A DNA stretch of 14,141 nucleotides from Pseudomonadota bacterium (GTDB lineage Bacteria > Myxococcota > JACRCW01 > JAFGSX01). Both the position numbers and the translations under genes were made by a program. Positions 1-7,761 of the stretch are shown here, piece after piece. Under the pieces are notes generated by a model that was not told where the DNA came from, searched no databases, and saw only the letters and a list, made by a program, of their open reading frames with translations. The stretch is taken from positions 1 through 14,141 of the forward strand of contig JBDRCO010000016.1 in NCBI GenBank assembly GCA_043821645.1. The letters run 5' to 3'. How positions within the stretch are numbered: the first letter of the stretch is position 1; each line of letters begins with the position of its first letter.

Positions 1-223
1 CGGGCGGCTGGTGCGGCTCACCCTCGGCGAGGGCGGGCTCGTCCCCCGTCGGGGATTTCCATGGGTCGTCGGGCGCGGGGACGATGAGATCTCGGATGCT
101 CGAGCGCGGCGCCAGGCAGCCGTGGTAGCGCGTGAGGTTGAAGCCCTTGGGCGGCACCAGGGCGGCGAGTCGACCCAGGAGCTCGCTCGCGCTGAGCACG
201 ATGTGCGTGGTGCCGTCGTCCCG

Positions 224-295
224 GCTTTCCAGGGGGCGTCGGCCGCCCCCTCGCGTCGCCGGCACAGGTCCGACGACGGTTCACCCCGGCAGCAG
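224..295 (-). mobile_element. 72-nt double-hairpin mini-insertion E3 (absent from transposase copy B)
   Basis: Copy B reads aag aga aaa tgg gcc gac ggc. Copy A has 72 extra nt between aag and cgg gac gac ggc. Stems are CGTCGTCGG/CCGGCGACG and AGGGGGCG/CGCCCCCT. GCTTTC is repeated at 224-229 and 295-300. Confidence 0.8.
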
Positions 296-391
296 CTTTC
301 TCTTCAGCCGGAGCAGGAGCTCGTCGTCACCGAGCCAGCGCAGGCGGTGATTGGCGAGCGGGGGGCGGAGCACGTAGCGGCACAGCTCCGA

Positions 392-463
392 TGTTGTGAA
401 GGGGGCGTCGGCCGCCCCCTCTGCCGACGGGCGCAGGTCCCGTCGACATTCACCCTGGCAGCA
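392..463 (-). mobile_element. ~72-nt double-hairpin mini-insertion E2 in transposase copy A
   Basis: TGCTGCCAGGGTGAA-TGTCGACGGG/CCCGTCGGCA-G-AGGGGGCG/CGCCCCCT-TCACAACA. It lies between the GFSLHAARR block and ELCRY and shifts the frame. The adjacent AT-rich stretch 464-476 may belong to it. Confidence 0.8.
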
Positions 464-515
464 CTATTTTTGTTTGCTCGGGCCGGGCCCTTCTCGCGGC
501 GTGCAGGGAGAAGCC

Positions 516-585
516 TGCTGGTTGGGTGAGCTTGTCGGGACCCGTGCCCGGCAAGCGAGGGCCTGCCCGACAGGCCCTGACAACA
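516..585 (+). mobile_element. 70-nt double-hairpin mini-insertion E1, inserted antisense to transposase copy A
   Basis: TGCTGGTTGGGTGA-GCTTGTCGGG/CCCGGCAAGC-G-AGGGCCTG/CAGGCCCT-GACAACA. Removing 516-585 restores the frame (LCFAL-GFSLHAA). Confidence 0.8.
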
Positions 586-1342
586 CAGCGCAAAGCACAG
601 ATCGCCGGTGCGCTGACCTGCGGTGGGGTCGGAGAGGACCCTGCGGATGCGGCGGCCCGCCCGTTCACCCGTCGCCGCGATCCCCTGCACGCTGGCCTGG
701 AGCAGGCCGGCCAGCACCGGTTCCTCCTCCGACAAGCGGTCCGGAGTGTCCACGCCGTCGTCGAGGACCCCGCGCCGCACCAGCAGCCGGATCACCCGGC
801 CGGCGATGACCTCGACCAGCCGCTTGATCTCGCCATCCGACGGCGGTGGTGTCTCCACGAACAGCAAAGGCTCGCCCATGCCGTCGCCGACGTAAACGCC
901 GTCGAGCAGCAGCGAGTGGAAGTGCGGGGCAAGCCTCAGGTCCGAGTTGGCGCGCTGGATCACGGTGATGGAGCCGGTGCGGCCGCTGGCGTGCCCCATT
1001 GTCCGTGCGCGCCGCCGGTACCATACCGACACCGCTCGCAGGAAGACCGCCAGCACGTCGGAGCAGAGCGCGCCGTCATAAGCCAGCGTGTAGCGCGTCG
1101 CCGACGAACCCACCTGTCGGTTTCCCCAGGCTCACGCGTTGACTGAGAGAACGCGAAGGTGAAAGTTCTCGGCGATTGACCGCTCAGGCGCGCTGGCTGC
1201 CCGGCGTATGGGGATTCGTCTGACACCTTTTCTTGAGCACGCGCAGCCGCTGTGTGCATCCAGACCACGCGGGCACTCTACGCCTCGCCACGGCCCGTGG
1301 CAAAAGGCCCGCGCATGCCTGGCGCGCGAAAGCGCCCGCCGT

Positions 1343-4300
1343 TCACGGCACCGCGAGCGACCACAGCTCGGTTCCGATCTCCCCGTCATCGGCAAAGAAG
1401 TAGAGCCGGTCGCCGAGGACGATCGGCCACGACGGCGAGGCGCTCGCGCTGCCTGGCGCCAGGTCGTAAACGAGGTGACGGCTGTCGAGATCTTCGTCGA
1501 GGATCCACAGCTCCTGCCCGTGCAGTGCGTCGGAATCGGCGAACACCTGGCGCCCCTGGAAACCGGCGCGGTCGCCCATGGTCGTGGTGAAGAGGGGGAC
1601 CGGCCCGTCGGTCGCCTCGTCGTAGCGCCACAGCGTCCGGATCGCATTCGAGTCGAGGGCGACGAAGTAGACGCGCGGTCCGATCGCAAAGGCGCTCAAC
1701 AGATCGTCGAAGTTGAGCGTCGTCGTCAACCGCGTGCCAGGCTCGCTGCCGTCGGAGCGCCAGATCCGGCTTCCTGGATACACCCGGCCGAGCACCAGCA
1801 CCTCGGCTCCGAGACCGAGGATGCTGGTGGAGTTCAGCAGGGTGCTGAGTGTGGCGATGCGCCCCGTGCCCGTGCCCGAGCCATCGCTGCGCCACAGATC
1901 GCCGCCGGCGATGAACCACAGCTGGCCGTCGATGAGCGACAGCGCGCTGATGCTGCGCGCCGCGGACCCGGCCGCCGTCTCGGCGACCAGCCGCGTGCCT
2001 GGCACGGTGCCGTCGGTGGCGTACAGCTCGTAGCCGGTCGCCGCGGTGTAGCCGTTGAAGAAGGCCTCGTCGCCGAGCGCGACGACGTCGCCGAGCACCG
2101 GGAGGAGCGCGTAGGTCCCCGGCTCGGTGCCATCGGAGCGCCACAGGGTGGCGCCCACCGCAACGTAGAGCAGGCCGTTGATGGACCGCAGCCTGGAGAG
2201 GCTGCTTCCGCCCGACCCCGCGGTGACGTCCTTGACCATGGCGGTGCCGCTCGTCGAGCCATCGCTCGACCACAGCTCGCTGCCGTGAACTCCGTCGTCG
2301 CCGATGAAGAACAAGGTCCCGCTCACGTCGGTCAGCCCCGAGAGCGAGACAAAGGGCAGGATCGGCACCGTGCCGGTCGCCGTGCCGTCGCTGCGCCACA
2401 GCGCGGGCCCGACCAGGCCGTCGCTGGCCGCGAAGAAGAGGGAGCCTCCGCTCACCGCCGCGCCCGTCGGGCTGCAGCCCTGCTCGGCGATGTTGATATC
2501 GACGAGCAGGTGCGTGCCCTGGCTCGTGGCGTCGCTGATCCACAGTTCCTTGCCATGAACCGAGTCGAGATGGGCGAGGAACAGGGTGGCGCTGCTGGCG
2601 CCGAGCAGTGTCGGCGCCGTGCCCATGGCGACGACTTGGGTGGCGTCGCTGAGATCCGGGTGCAGTCGCCACAGCCCCAGGCCGCTGCCCGCGGTCGCCA
2701 CGACGTAGCGGTCGCCCTGCCACTGGACAGGCCTCGACGGGTTGGAGTTGCCGGCGCCGGCCTCGATGTTCTTGACCACGTGCGTGCCGCTTACCGTGCC
2801 GTCGCTGGTCCACAGCTCGGTCCCGGTCGCGACCATATTGGCCGAGAAGAGCAGGTTCGACCCGTCGCTGTGGAGCCACGGCATGCCGCTGAACGTCGCG
2901 GAGACGAGCGAATACGTCCCGTCGACCGTGCCGTCGCTGCGATAGAGGTAGAACCCGGACACGCTCGGGCTGGCGAAGAAGAAGACCAGGCCGCCCACGC
3001 TGACAGGCCCGGCCCAGTTCTTGCCGGTGGGGGTATCGGGCAAGAGCTGCAGCAGGCCGCCAGACGTTCCGTCGGTGCGCCACAGGCCGTTGAAGTTGAA
3101 CCCGTTGTAGGTGAAGAAGAGGTGGCTGTCGGTGGCGGCGAGATTGCGCGCCTCATGGATGTCCTGCTGGACGACCACGCGCGTGCCTGCGGGCGTGCCG
3201 TCGGTGCAGTACACGTGGGTCGAGGTGAAGCACAGCTCGTTCTTGAAGACTGCCGTCGACCATCCTCCGAAGCGGTAGATCGACGCCACGGCGGTCGTGC
3301 CAACCACCGTGCCGTCGCTTGTCCAGAGCTCGCGCCCCATCCACGAGGTGTGCGTGAAGTAGACACGGTCGCCAAATCCGACGGCCGAGCTCAGATCGCC
3401 GGCCTCCGGGCCAGCGGTGAAGTCGCCGAGCATGAAGGTTCCAGCCGTGGAGCCATCGCTGCGCCACAGCTCGCGGCCGTGCTCGCAGTCGTCGGCGAGA
3501 AAATACGCGATACCCCGGTGCACCGCGAAGCCGTAGGGCCAGGAGCCGACGGCGCCGGGGCAGATGTCGCGCACGAGCCGGGTCCCGGCCTCGGTGCCGT
3601 CGCTGACCCACAGCTCGCGGCCTATCCCCTTGCTGCTCGCTCCGAACAGCAGCCAGTCGCCGACGACCACCCCACCCGGATCGGACCCGACGGCCGCAGG
3701 CTGGACGTTGAGGTTCTTGACCAGCTCGACCGAGGGCCAGGCGCTGCAGGTGTCGGTGTCTTGCCAGTGTCCCAGGACGCAGCGACGGGTCATGCGGCCA
3801 TCGAAGCCGCAGCGCAGATCGCCGTCGGCGACGGTGCCGTCGACGCAGACATCCGGGTCATCGCAGAGCGCCGAGTCCTGCCAGAAGCCGTTCACGCAGT
3901 CCTGGATCAGGTGGCCGCGGTCGTTGAGCCCGCACCCGGTCGTTCCAACCCGCGAGCCGCTGTCACCGCACCAGCCCGCGAGGTCGCCGGGCGCAGCGTC
4001 GGGCGCGCTCGCGCTGTCGGCTGCGCTCGCGGCGTCGGACGCGGTCCCGCCCGCATCCGCCGACGGCGCGTCGTGCACACTGGCCTCGAGAGCCCCGGCG
4101 TCGGCCGGCGACACCGCGTCGAAAGGCGACACCACGTCGGCCGTCGACATGGCATCGGGAGACGACACGGCGTCGGCAGACGACAGCACGTCCGCCGTCG
4201 CGGAGTCCAGGGTCGCGCCATCGCCTGGCACCCAGGCGTCGATCAAGGCCGCGTCCGCTCCGTCCGAGGCTGCCGCGTCCAGCGAGGTCGCCCCATCCTG

Positions 4301-4567
4301 CGCCGTCGCATCCGCGGCGACGGTGTCGGCGTTCGACGCGTCCAGGTCCTCGACGTCAGCGGCCGCGCCGTCGGCCGCCACCGCGTCGGGGGTCGAGCCG
4401 TCGGCGATCGCGGCATCCTGTGCCGCGGCATCGGCGGGCTGAGGAGACGTGGCGTCGCGGCCCGTGCGTCCGGGATCGCAGGACCCGCAACCTTGCAGGA
4501 TCAGGACGCAGGCGGCGATGCCGGATCCCCACGCCGCCGGTCTGCGAACGTCTGCGCCGCTCTGCAT
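1343..4567 (-). CDS. ELWxxDGT-repeat lipoprotein, 1074 aa: signal peptide II, Asp/Ala-rich linker, two Cys-rich repeats, many ELWxSDGT repeats
   Basis: Lipobox-like VLILQG-C at Cys27; repeated GRELWVSDGT, GRELWRSDGS, GTELWTSDGT and GSELWSSDGS; purine-rich GAAGGGGG upstream of the ATG. Confidence 0.92.
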   Translation of the reverse strand: MQSGADVRRPAAWGSGIAACVLILQGCGSCDPGRTGRDATSPQPADAAAQDAAIADGSTPDAVAADGAAADVEDLDASNADTVAADATAQDGATSLDAAASDGADAALIDAWVPGDGATLDSATADVLSSADAVSSPDAMSTADVVSPFDAVSPADAGALEASVHDAPSADAGGTASDAASAADSASAPDAAPGDLAGWCGDSGSRVGTTGCGLNDRGHLIQDCVNGFWQDSALCDDPDVCVDGTVADGDLRCGFDGRMTRRCVLGHWQDTDTCSAWPSVELVKNLNVQPAAVGSDPGGVVVGDWLLFGASSKGIGRELWVSDGTEAGTRLVRDICPGAVGSWPYGFAVHRGIAYFLADDCEHGRELWRSDGSTAGTFMLGDFTAGPEAGDLSSAVGFGDRVYFTHTSWMGRELWTSDGTVVGTTAVASIYRFGGWSTAVFKNELCFTSTHVYCTDGTPAGTRVVVQQDIHEARNLAATDSHLFFTYNGFNFNGLWRTDGTSGGLLQLLPDTPTGKNWAGPVSVGGLVFFFASPSVSGFYLYRSDGTVDGTYSLVSATFSGMPWLHSDGSNLLFSANMVATGTELWTSDGTVSGTHVVKNIEAGAGNSNPSRPVQWQGDRYVVATAGSGLGLWRLHPDLSDATQVVAMGTAPTLLGASSATLFLAHLDSVHGKELWISDATSQGTHLLVDINIAEQGCSPTGAAVSGGSLFFAASDGLVGPALWRSDGTATGTVPILPFVSLSGLTDVSGTLFFIGDDGVHGSELWSSDGSTSGTAMVKDVTAGSGGSSLSRLRSINGLLYVAVGATLWRSDGTEPGTYALLPVLGDVVALGDEAFFNGYTAATGYELYATDGTVPGTRLVAETAAGSAARSISALSLIDGQLWFIAGGDLWRSDGSGTGTGRIATLSTLLNSTSILGLGAEVLVLGRVYPGSRIWRSDGSEPGTRLTTTLNFDDLLSAFAIGPRVYFVALDSNAIRTLWRYDEATDGPVPLFTTTMGDRAGFQGRQVFADSDALHGQELWILDEDLDSRHLVYDLAPGSASASPSWPIVLGDRLYFFADDGEIGTELWSLAVP

Positions 4568-4709
4568 CGGTGTGCCCCCTTCAGGAAGGATCAGGTGTCT
4601 ATCCCAGACTGATGCGGGCGATGGGGGCCGTAGGAAACACCAAGTGCCTCCCCATCGCCAACCTCGGGTACCAGCTCCTCGTGGCCCGTCTCCAAATCCA
4701 TCGCCATCG

Positions 4710-4718
4710 ATTTTAGCA
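4710..4718 (-). promoter_or_regulatory. Putative extended -10 promoter element (TGCTAAAAT) for the ELWxxDGT gene
   Basis: TGn-TAAAAT on the minus strand about 140 nt upstream of the start codon, in a very GC-rich background. Confidence 0.4.
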
Positions 4719-5147
4719 CGGCCTCCGAACCAGCGGAAACGCCGCCAGCGCGCGGCCCGAGCAAACGGGTACCTTGCCGCCCTGGCTCGGCGGCGCAGAT
4801 GTGGTAGAAGGTGACGTCGTCAGGTCGTCAGCAGAGCTCGAACGCGAGCTCGGCCTGAGGAGGCGCTCTCGCCGTATCCGGGTCCGCGATATGTCATGTG
4901 TCGGGTCCCGCCCCCCTCTTCCTCTTTCACCCTCACCAGCGATAGGCTGGCCCTCGAGCTCGATGCTTGCACGGGCAGCTGTCTGGAGGCGCCCCGGCTT
5001 CGCTCGGCCGCGCCTGTTCCCCGAGAGGCGCCAGACAGGTACACCTCCGGCGAGGCGTCCGCAGCAAGGTGCGTCTAGGCAGGCGCCTGGCCGGCTGGAG
5101 ACCGAGCCGGCGAGCGCCCGCGGACATCGAACCGGACGAGGTGCACG

Positions 5148-5708
5148 ATGCCCCTGCCACTCTGGGTTCCCATCCTTGGACCGCTCCTGGGCCGTCGGCG
5201 GAGCTTTCGAGAGCTGCCCCAGCTGGCCAAGCGCTGGGGGTTGAGCCACGGCGAGAGCGACATGCGCTATCGCTTCGGCGTGCTCCGTGGCTCGCTCGAC
5301 GGCTACCGGGTCGAGATCAGCCCGGACGTCCCGTCGCTCACGGTGCATTTCAACCGCAGCGACCATGAGTTTCGGATGGCGACCATGGACCTGGCCGCCC
5401 GCAAGCGAAAGGACTACCAGCTCGGACACGCCAGGTTCACGCGCGTCTTCGAGTGGATGGAGCTGAGCCCGCAGGTCGCCGCGGCGCTGCGCGGCCAAAC
5501 GGAGGTCTTCGAGCGTGTGTTGGCGCTCTGGACCTACCGGGTCGGCAGCATGTTCCTGGCCTCGTCCCTGTTCACCCTTTCGCTGCGACCTCCGCTGCAT
5601 CTCCACTTCCTCACGGTCGAACAGGTGGAGGACCTGCTGCCCCGCATGGTCGAGACCGTCAAGCTGATCGAGTCGGTGCTGTACCCAGAGGACCCCGCGG
5701 GGGGATGA
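5148..5708 (+). CDS. Hypothetical protein, 186 aa
   Basis: GAGGT Shine-Dalgarno before the ATG; globular amino-acid composition and GC-rich third positions, unlike the overlapping shadow ORFs. No family recognised. Confidence 0.7.
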   Translation: MPLPLWVPILGPLLGRRRSFRELPQLAKRWGLSHGESDMRYRFGVLRGSLDGYRVEISPDVPSLTVHFNRSDHEFRMATMDLAARKRKDYQLGHARFTRVFEWMELSPQVAAALRGQTEVFERVLALWTYRVGSMFLASSLFTLSLRPPLHLHFLTVEQVEDLLPRMVETVKLIESVLYPEDPAGG

Positions 5709-5785
5709 GCTGTTCGAGATGGTGCCCCGCCGGTGAGGCAGACGAAGGCGACCAGCTTCCGGCATCCACCGCAGGAGCATCTGTA

Positions 5786-5904
5786 GACCTCGCTGCGGAA
5801 CACCGCCGGTCAGCTGCGATCACCCAGAAAAAAATCGAACCGGTGACGAGATCGGTGACGAGAGCGCCCCTGCCCAGGATGCCCCATATTGATAAAATGT
5901 AAGT
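5786..5904 (+). other. Probable att-arm remnant of an integrative element at the selC 3' end (possible integrase C-terminal remnant plus tandem repeats)
   Basis: CGGTGACGAGA at 5841-5851 and 5853-5863 (12-nt period); DLAAEHRRSAAI resembles the post-catalytic tail of tyrosine integrases; AT-rich ATATTGATAAAATGTAAGT lies next to the tRNA CCA end. Confidence 0.45.
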
Positions 5905-6001
<97 letters not shown>

Positions 6002-6029
6002 ACAAGAACTTAGCTCAATTCAACCTCAT

Positions 6030-6119
6030 TTTGACAGCCAATTTGACAGCCAACTGAAAACAGCCACACCGCTCCCGCGGCACGGGTGGGCACGCCGACA
6101 GCCAGGTTGACAGCCAGGT
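6030..6119. repeat. Tandem direct repeats (GACAGCCA core), likely integrase arm-type binding sites
   Basis: TTTGACAGCCAA twice (6030-6041, 6042-6053), ACAGCCA (6060-6066), and GACAGCCAGGT twice (6097-6107, 6109-6119), all between the integrase stop and selC. Confidence 0.75.
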
Positions 6120-6122
6120 CGA

Positions 6123-7265
6123 TCATGGCGCCTCCTCCCCCTGCCCGCCTGCGAGCAGGGCGTGGATGGTGTCCGCAGCCCGCCGCTGCCGGCTGGCCAG
6201 GACATGCGCATAGATGTTCGCGGTGGTGCTGGGCTGGCTATGTCCGAGCACGGCAGCGACCTCCACGACAGGGACACCCGCTGCCAGCATCAGCGATGCT
6301 GCCGAATGACGCAAGTCATGAACTCGCAGCGCGCCGATCCCGGCCTCGGCAGCGATCACCTGCAGGCTGTCCCAGAGGCGTCGAGAGTCCAGCGGTGTGC
6401 CATCGGGCGAGGCCCAGACCAGGTGGCCCCAGCGCTCGCCCTGCCAGTCCGCACCGGCCTGCGCCGCCTCGAGCTGCTGCTCGGCCTGGCGCTGCTCGAG
6501 CGCCCGCAGCGCGAAGTCTGGGAGCGCTATCACACGCTCGCGGCCCGTCTTGGTGGGCTGCTCCTCCCAGTGACCGCGTATGCGCTGCAGGCTGCGACGA
6601 ATGCTGATCTCACCCCCGGTCAGGTCGACATCCTTCCACTGCAGGCCCGCCGCCTCGCCCCGGCGCAGCCCGAGCGCGAGGATGACCAGCCAGATGGAGC
6701 CGCCGGGCTTCTCCTGGGCGGCCTTGAGGAGCGCTCGCGCCTCGGCCTCGGTGAGAGCCCGCGGCCGCTTCTCGACGCCGACCCGCGGTGGCTCCACCGC
6801 GAGGGCCACGTTGCGGTGGACGATCTCCCAGCGCATGGCCTGGTTGAGCGCCGTCCGCAGCACGGCCCGGATGTGCAGGACGCGGCGCGCGGAGAGGCCC
6901 CGCTTCAGCCTGTCGTCGAGGACGTCTTGCACGTGTTGCGGCGTCAGCTTGCCGAGCGGGATGTGGCCGAGGGTCGGCTCGAGGTGCAGCCGGATGATGT
7001 CGTCGTAGCTCTCGAGGGTCCGGGGGCGCAGCCGCTGCTCCTGGTGGCTGTACCATCGCCTCAGGAAATCGCGCAGCTTCTGGCTGTTGTCGCCAAGCAC
7101 ACCGTGCTCTCGCTCCCGGTGCATCTTCTGCAGTGCCTTGCGGGCGTCCTGCTGGCTTCTCGCGTAGCGGGTGACACGCTTCTGCCCGTCGCGCAGGGTC
7201 GCCACCCAGCGCCCGTCGCTGCGCTGGTAGATGCTGCCCTCCCCGTGGCTTCGGCGACTGCTCAT
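6123..7265 (-). CDS. int: Tyrosine recombinase / site-specific integrase, 380 aa
   Basis: N-terminal GEGSIYQRSDGRW arm-binding motif; catalytic residues in GLRRGE, TKTG, HDLRH, LGH and TTANIYAH. AGGAGG precedes the ATG at 7265, so that start is preferred over 7331. Confidence 0.95.
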   Translation of the reverse strand: MSSRRSHGEGSIYQRSDGRWVATLRDGQKRVTRYARSQQDARKALQKMHREREHGVLGDNSQKLRDFLRRWYSHQEQRLRPRTLESYDDIIRLHLEPTLGHIPLGKLTPQHVQDVLDDRLKRGLSARRVLHIRAVLRTALNQAMRWEIVHRNVALAVEPPRVGVEKRPRALTEAEARALLKAAQEKPGGSIWLVILALGLRRGEAAGLQWKDVDLTGGEISIRRSLQRIRGHWEEQPTKTGRERVIALPDFALRALEQRQAEQQLEAAQAGADWQGERWGHLVWASPDGTPLDSRRLWDSLQVIAAEAGIGALRVHDLRHSAASLMLAAGVPVVEVAAVLGHSQPSTTANIYAHVLASRQRRAADTIHALLAGGQGEEAP

Positions 7266-7339
7266 GCGACCGCATCCTCCTGGGCTCTTGGCGCTAGAAT
7301 ACACGCCGCACCAGACGACGCTGTGCTCCAATGCGCGCG

Positions 7340-7440
7340 TGATCAGACTAACAAGATTGATGTTTAAAGTCTATTATTTTATCCATACAATTGCTCTTCT
7401 GTCTCAACTAATAAAATATTGCCTATAACATGATTTCGTC
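7340..7440. promoter_or_regulatory. AT-rich divergent promoter region between the integrase and the TA operon
   Basis: Abrupt drop in GC; -10-like TAAAAT (7412-7417) and TATAAC (7424-7429) on the + strand. Exact promoters are not resolved. Confidence 0.55.
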
Positions 7441-7452
7441 CTACGTTGGGCC

Positions 7453-7761
7453 ATGGTCGCGCTCCCTGTCCTGCTCACCCCGGCCGAGATGGGCGACACG
7501 CTCGCCGCCCGCTGCCGCGAGCTGCGTCTCTTCAGGAACTGGAGCCGTGGCACGCTGGCCAAGCGCGCTGGGGTCACGGTCGCCTCCCTCAAGCGCTTCG
7601 AGATCGAGGGCAAGGCCTCCCTGGAGTTGCTGCTCAGGGTGGCGCATGCCCTGGGCCGCCTCGACGAGTTCGCGTCCGTTCTGCTGCCGCCCAGGGCGCA
7701 GAGCGTGGCCGAGCTCGAGGAGCAGGTCGAACGCCCCCGGCGCCGACGGGGCCGCTCGTGA
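7453..7761 (+). CDS. XRE-family HTH protein, HipB-like antitoxin, 102 aa
   Basis: RELRLFRNWSRGTLAKRAGVTVASLKRFEIEGKASLELLLRVAHALG is a Cro/C1-type HTH; its stop overlaps the downstream hipA-like start (GTGA). Confidence 0.9.
   Translation: MVALPVLLTPAEMGDTLAARCRELRLFRNWSRGTLAKRAGVTVASLKRFEIEGKASLELLLRVAHALGRLDEFASVLLPPRAQSVAELEEQVERPRRRRGRS

Larger units (their letters stand above)
1..1100 (-). pseudogene. IS91-family (HUH, Y2_Tnp-type) rolling-circle transposase, copy A; N-terminally truncated, interrupted by three ~70-nt insertions, runs off the window start
   Basis: Motifs read across three frames: RYTLAYD..., GSITVIQRANSDLRLAPHFHSLLLDGVY (HUH motif), GFSLHAARR, ELCRYVLRPPLA (catalytic Tyr region), DGTTHIVL...LGRLAALVPPKGFNLTRYHGCLAP. 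The expected N-terminal Zn-binding domain is absent upstream of ~1100. Confidence 0.9.

Noticed and set aside
224-585. Mini-elements as a CRISPR array, integron attC sites, hammerhead ribozymes or group II intron domains V/VI
   Set aside because: Mixed orientations with transposase coding sequence between them and no cas genes; no RYYYAAC...GTTRRRY single-hairpin layout; no CUGANGA/GAAA core; no AGC-triad domain V.
1140-1192. Glycine-riboswitch-like words (GAGAGA...CGAAGGTGAA...CGCTCAGG)
   Set aside because: P1 and P2 cannot be built convincingly, and no co-oriented gene lies downstream.
1208-4612. 1134-aa + strand ORF
   Set aside because: Antisense shadow of the ELWxxDGT gene; long stop-free reverse frames are expected at this GC content, and it has no recognisable motifs.
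4720-5140. Possible structured RNA or gene in the intergenic region (CTGTCTGG/CCAGACAG pairing, several short ORFs)
   Set aside because: Pairings are unremarkable at this GC content; no second copy, covariation or recognisable protein motif.
6162-7367. 401-aa + strand ORF, and similarly the long reverse ORFs 9249-10265 and 11526-13202
   Set aside because: Antisense shadows of the integrase, kinase and hypothetical genes.
7446-7757. N-terminal extension of HipA (547-aa ORF)
   Set aside because: Overlaps the HTH gene; HipA homology starts at the coupled GTG at 7758.
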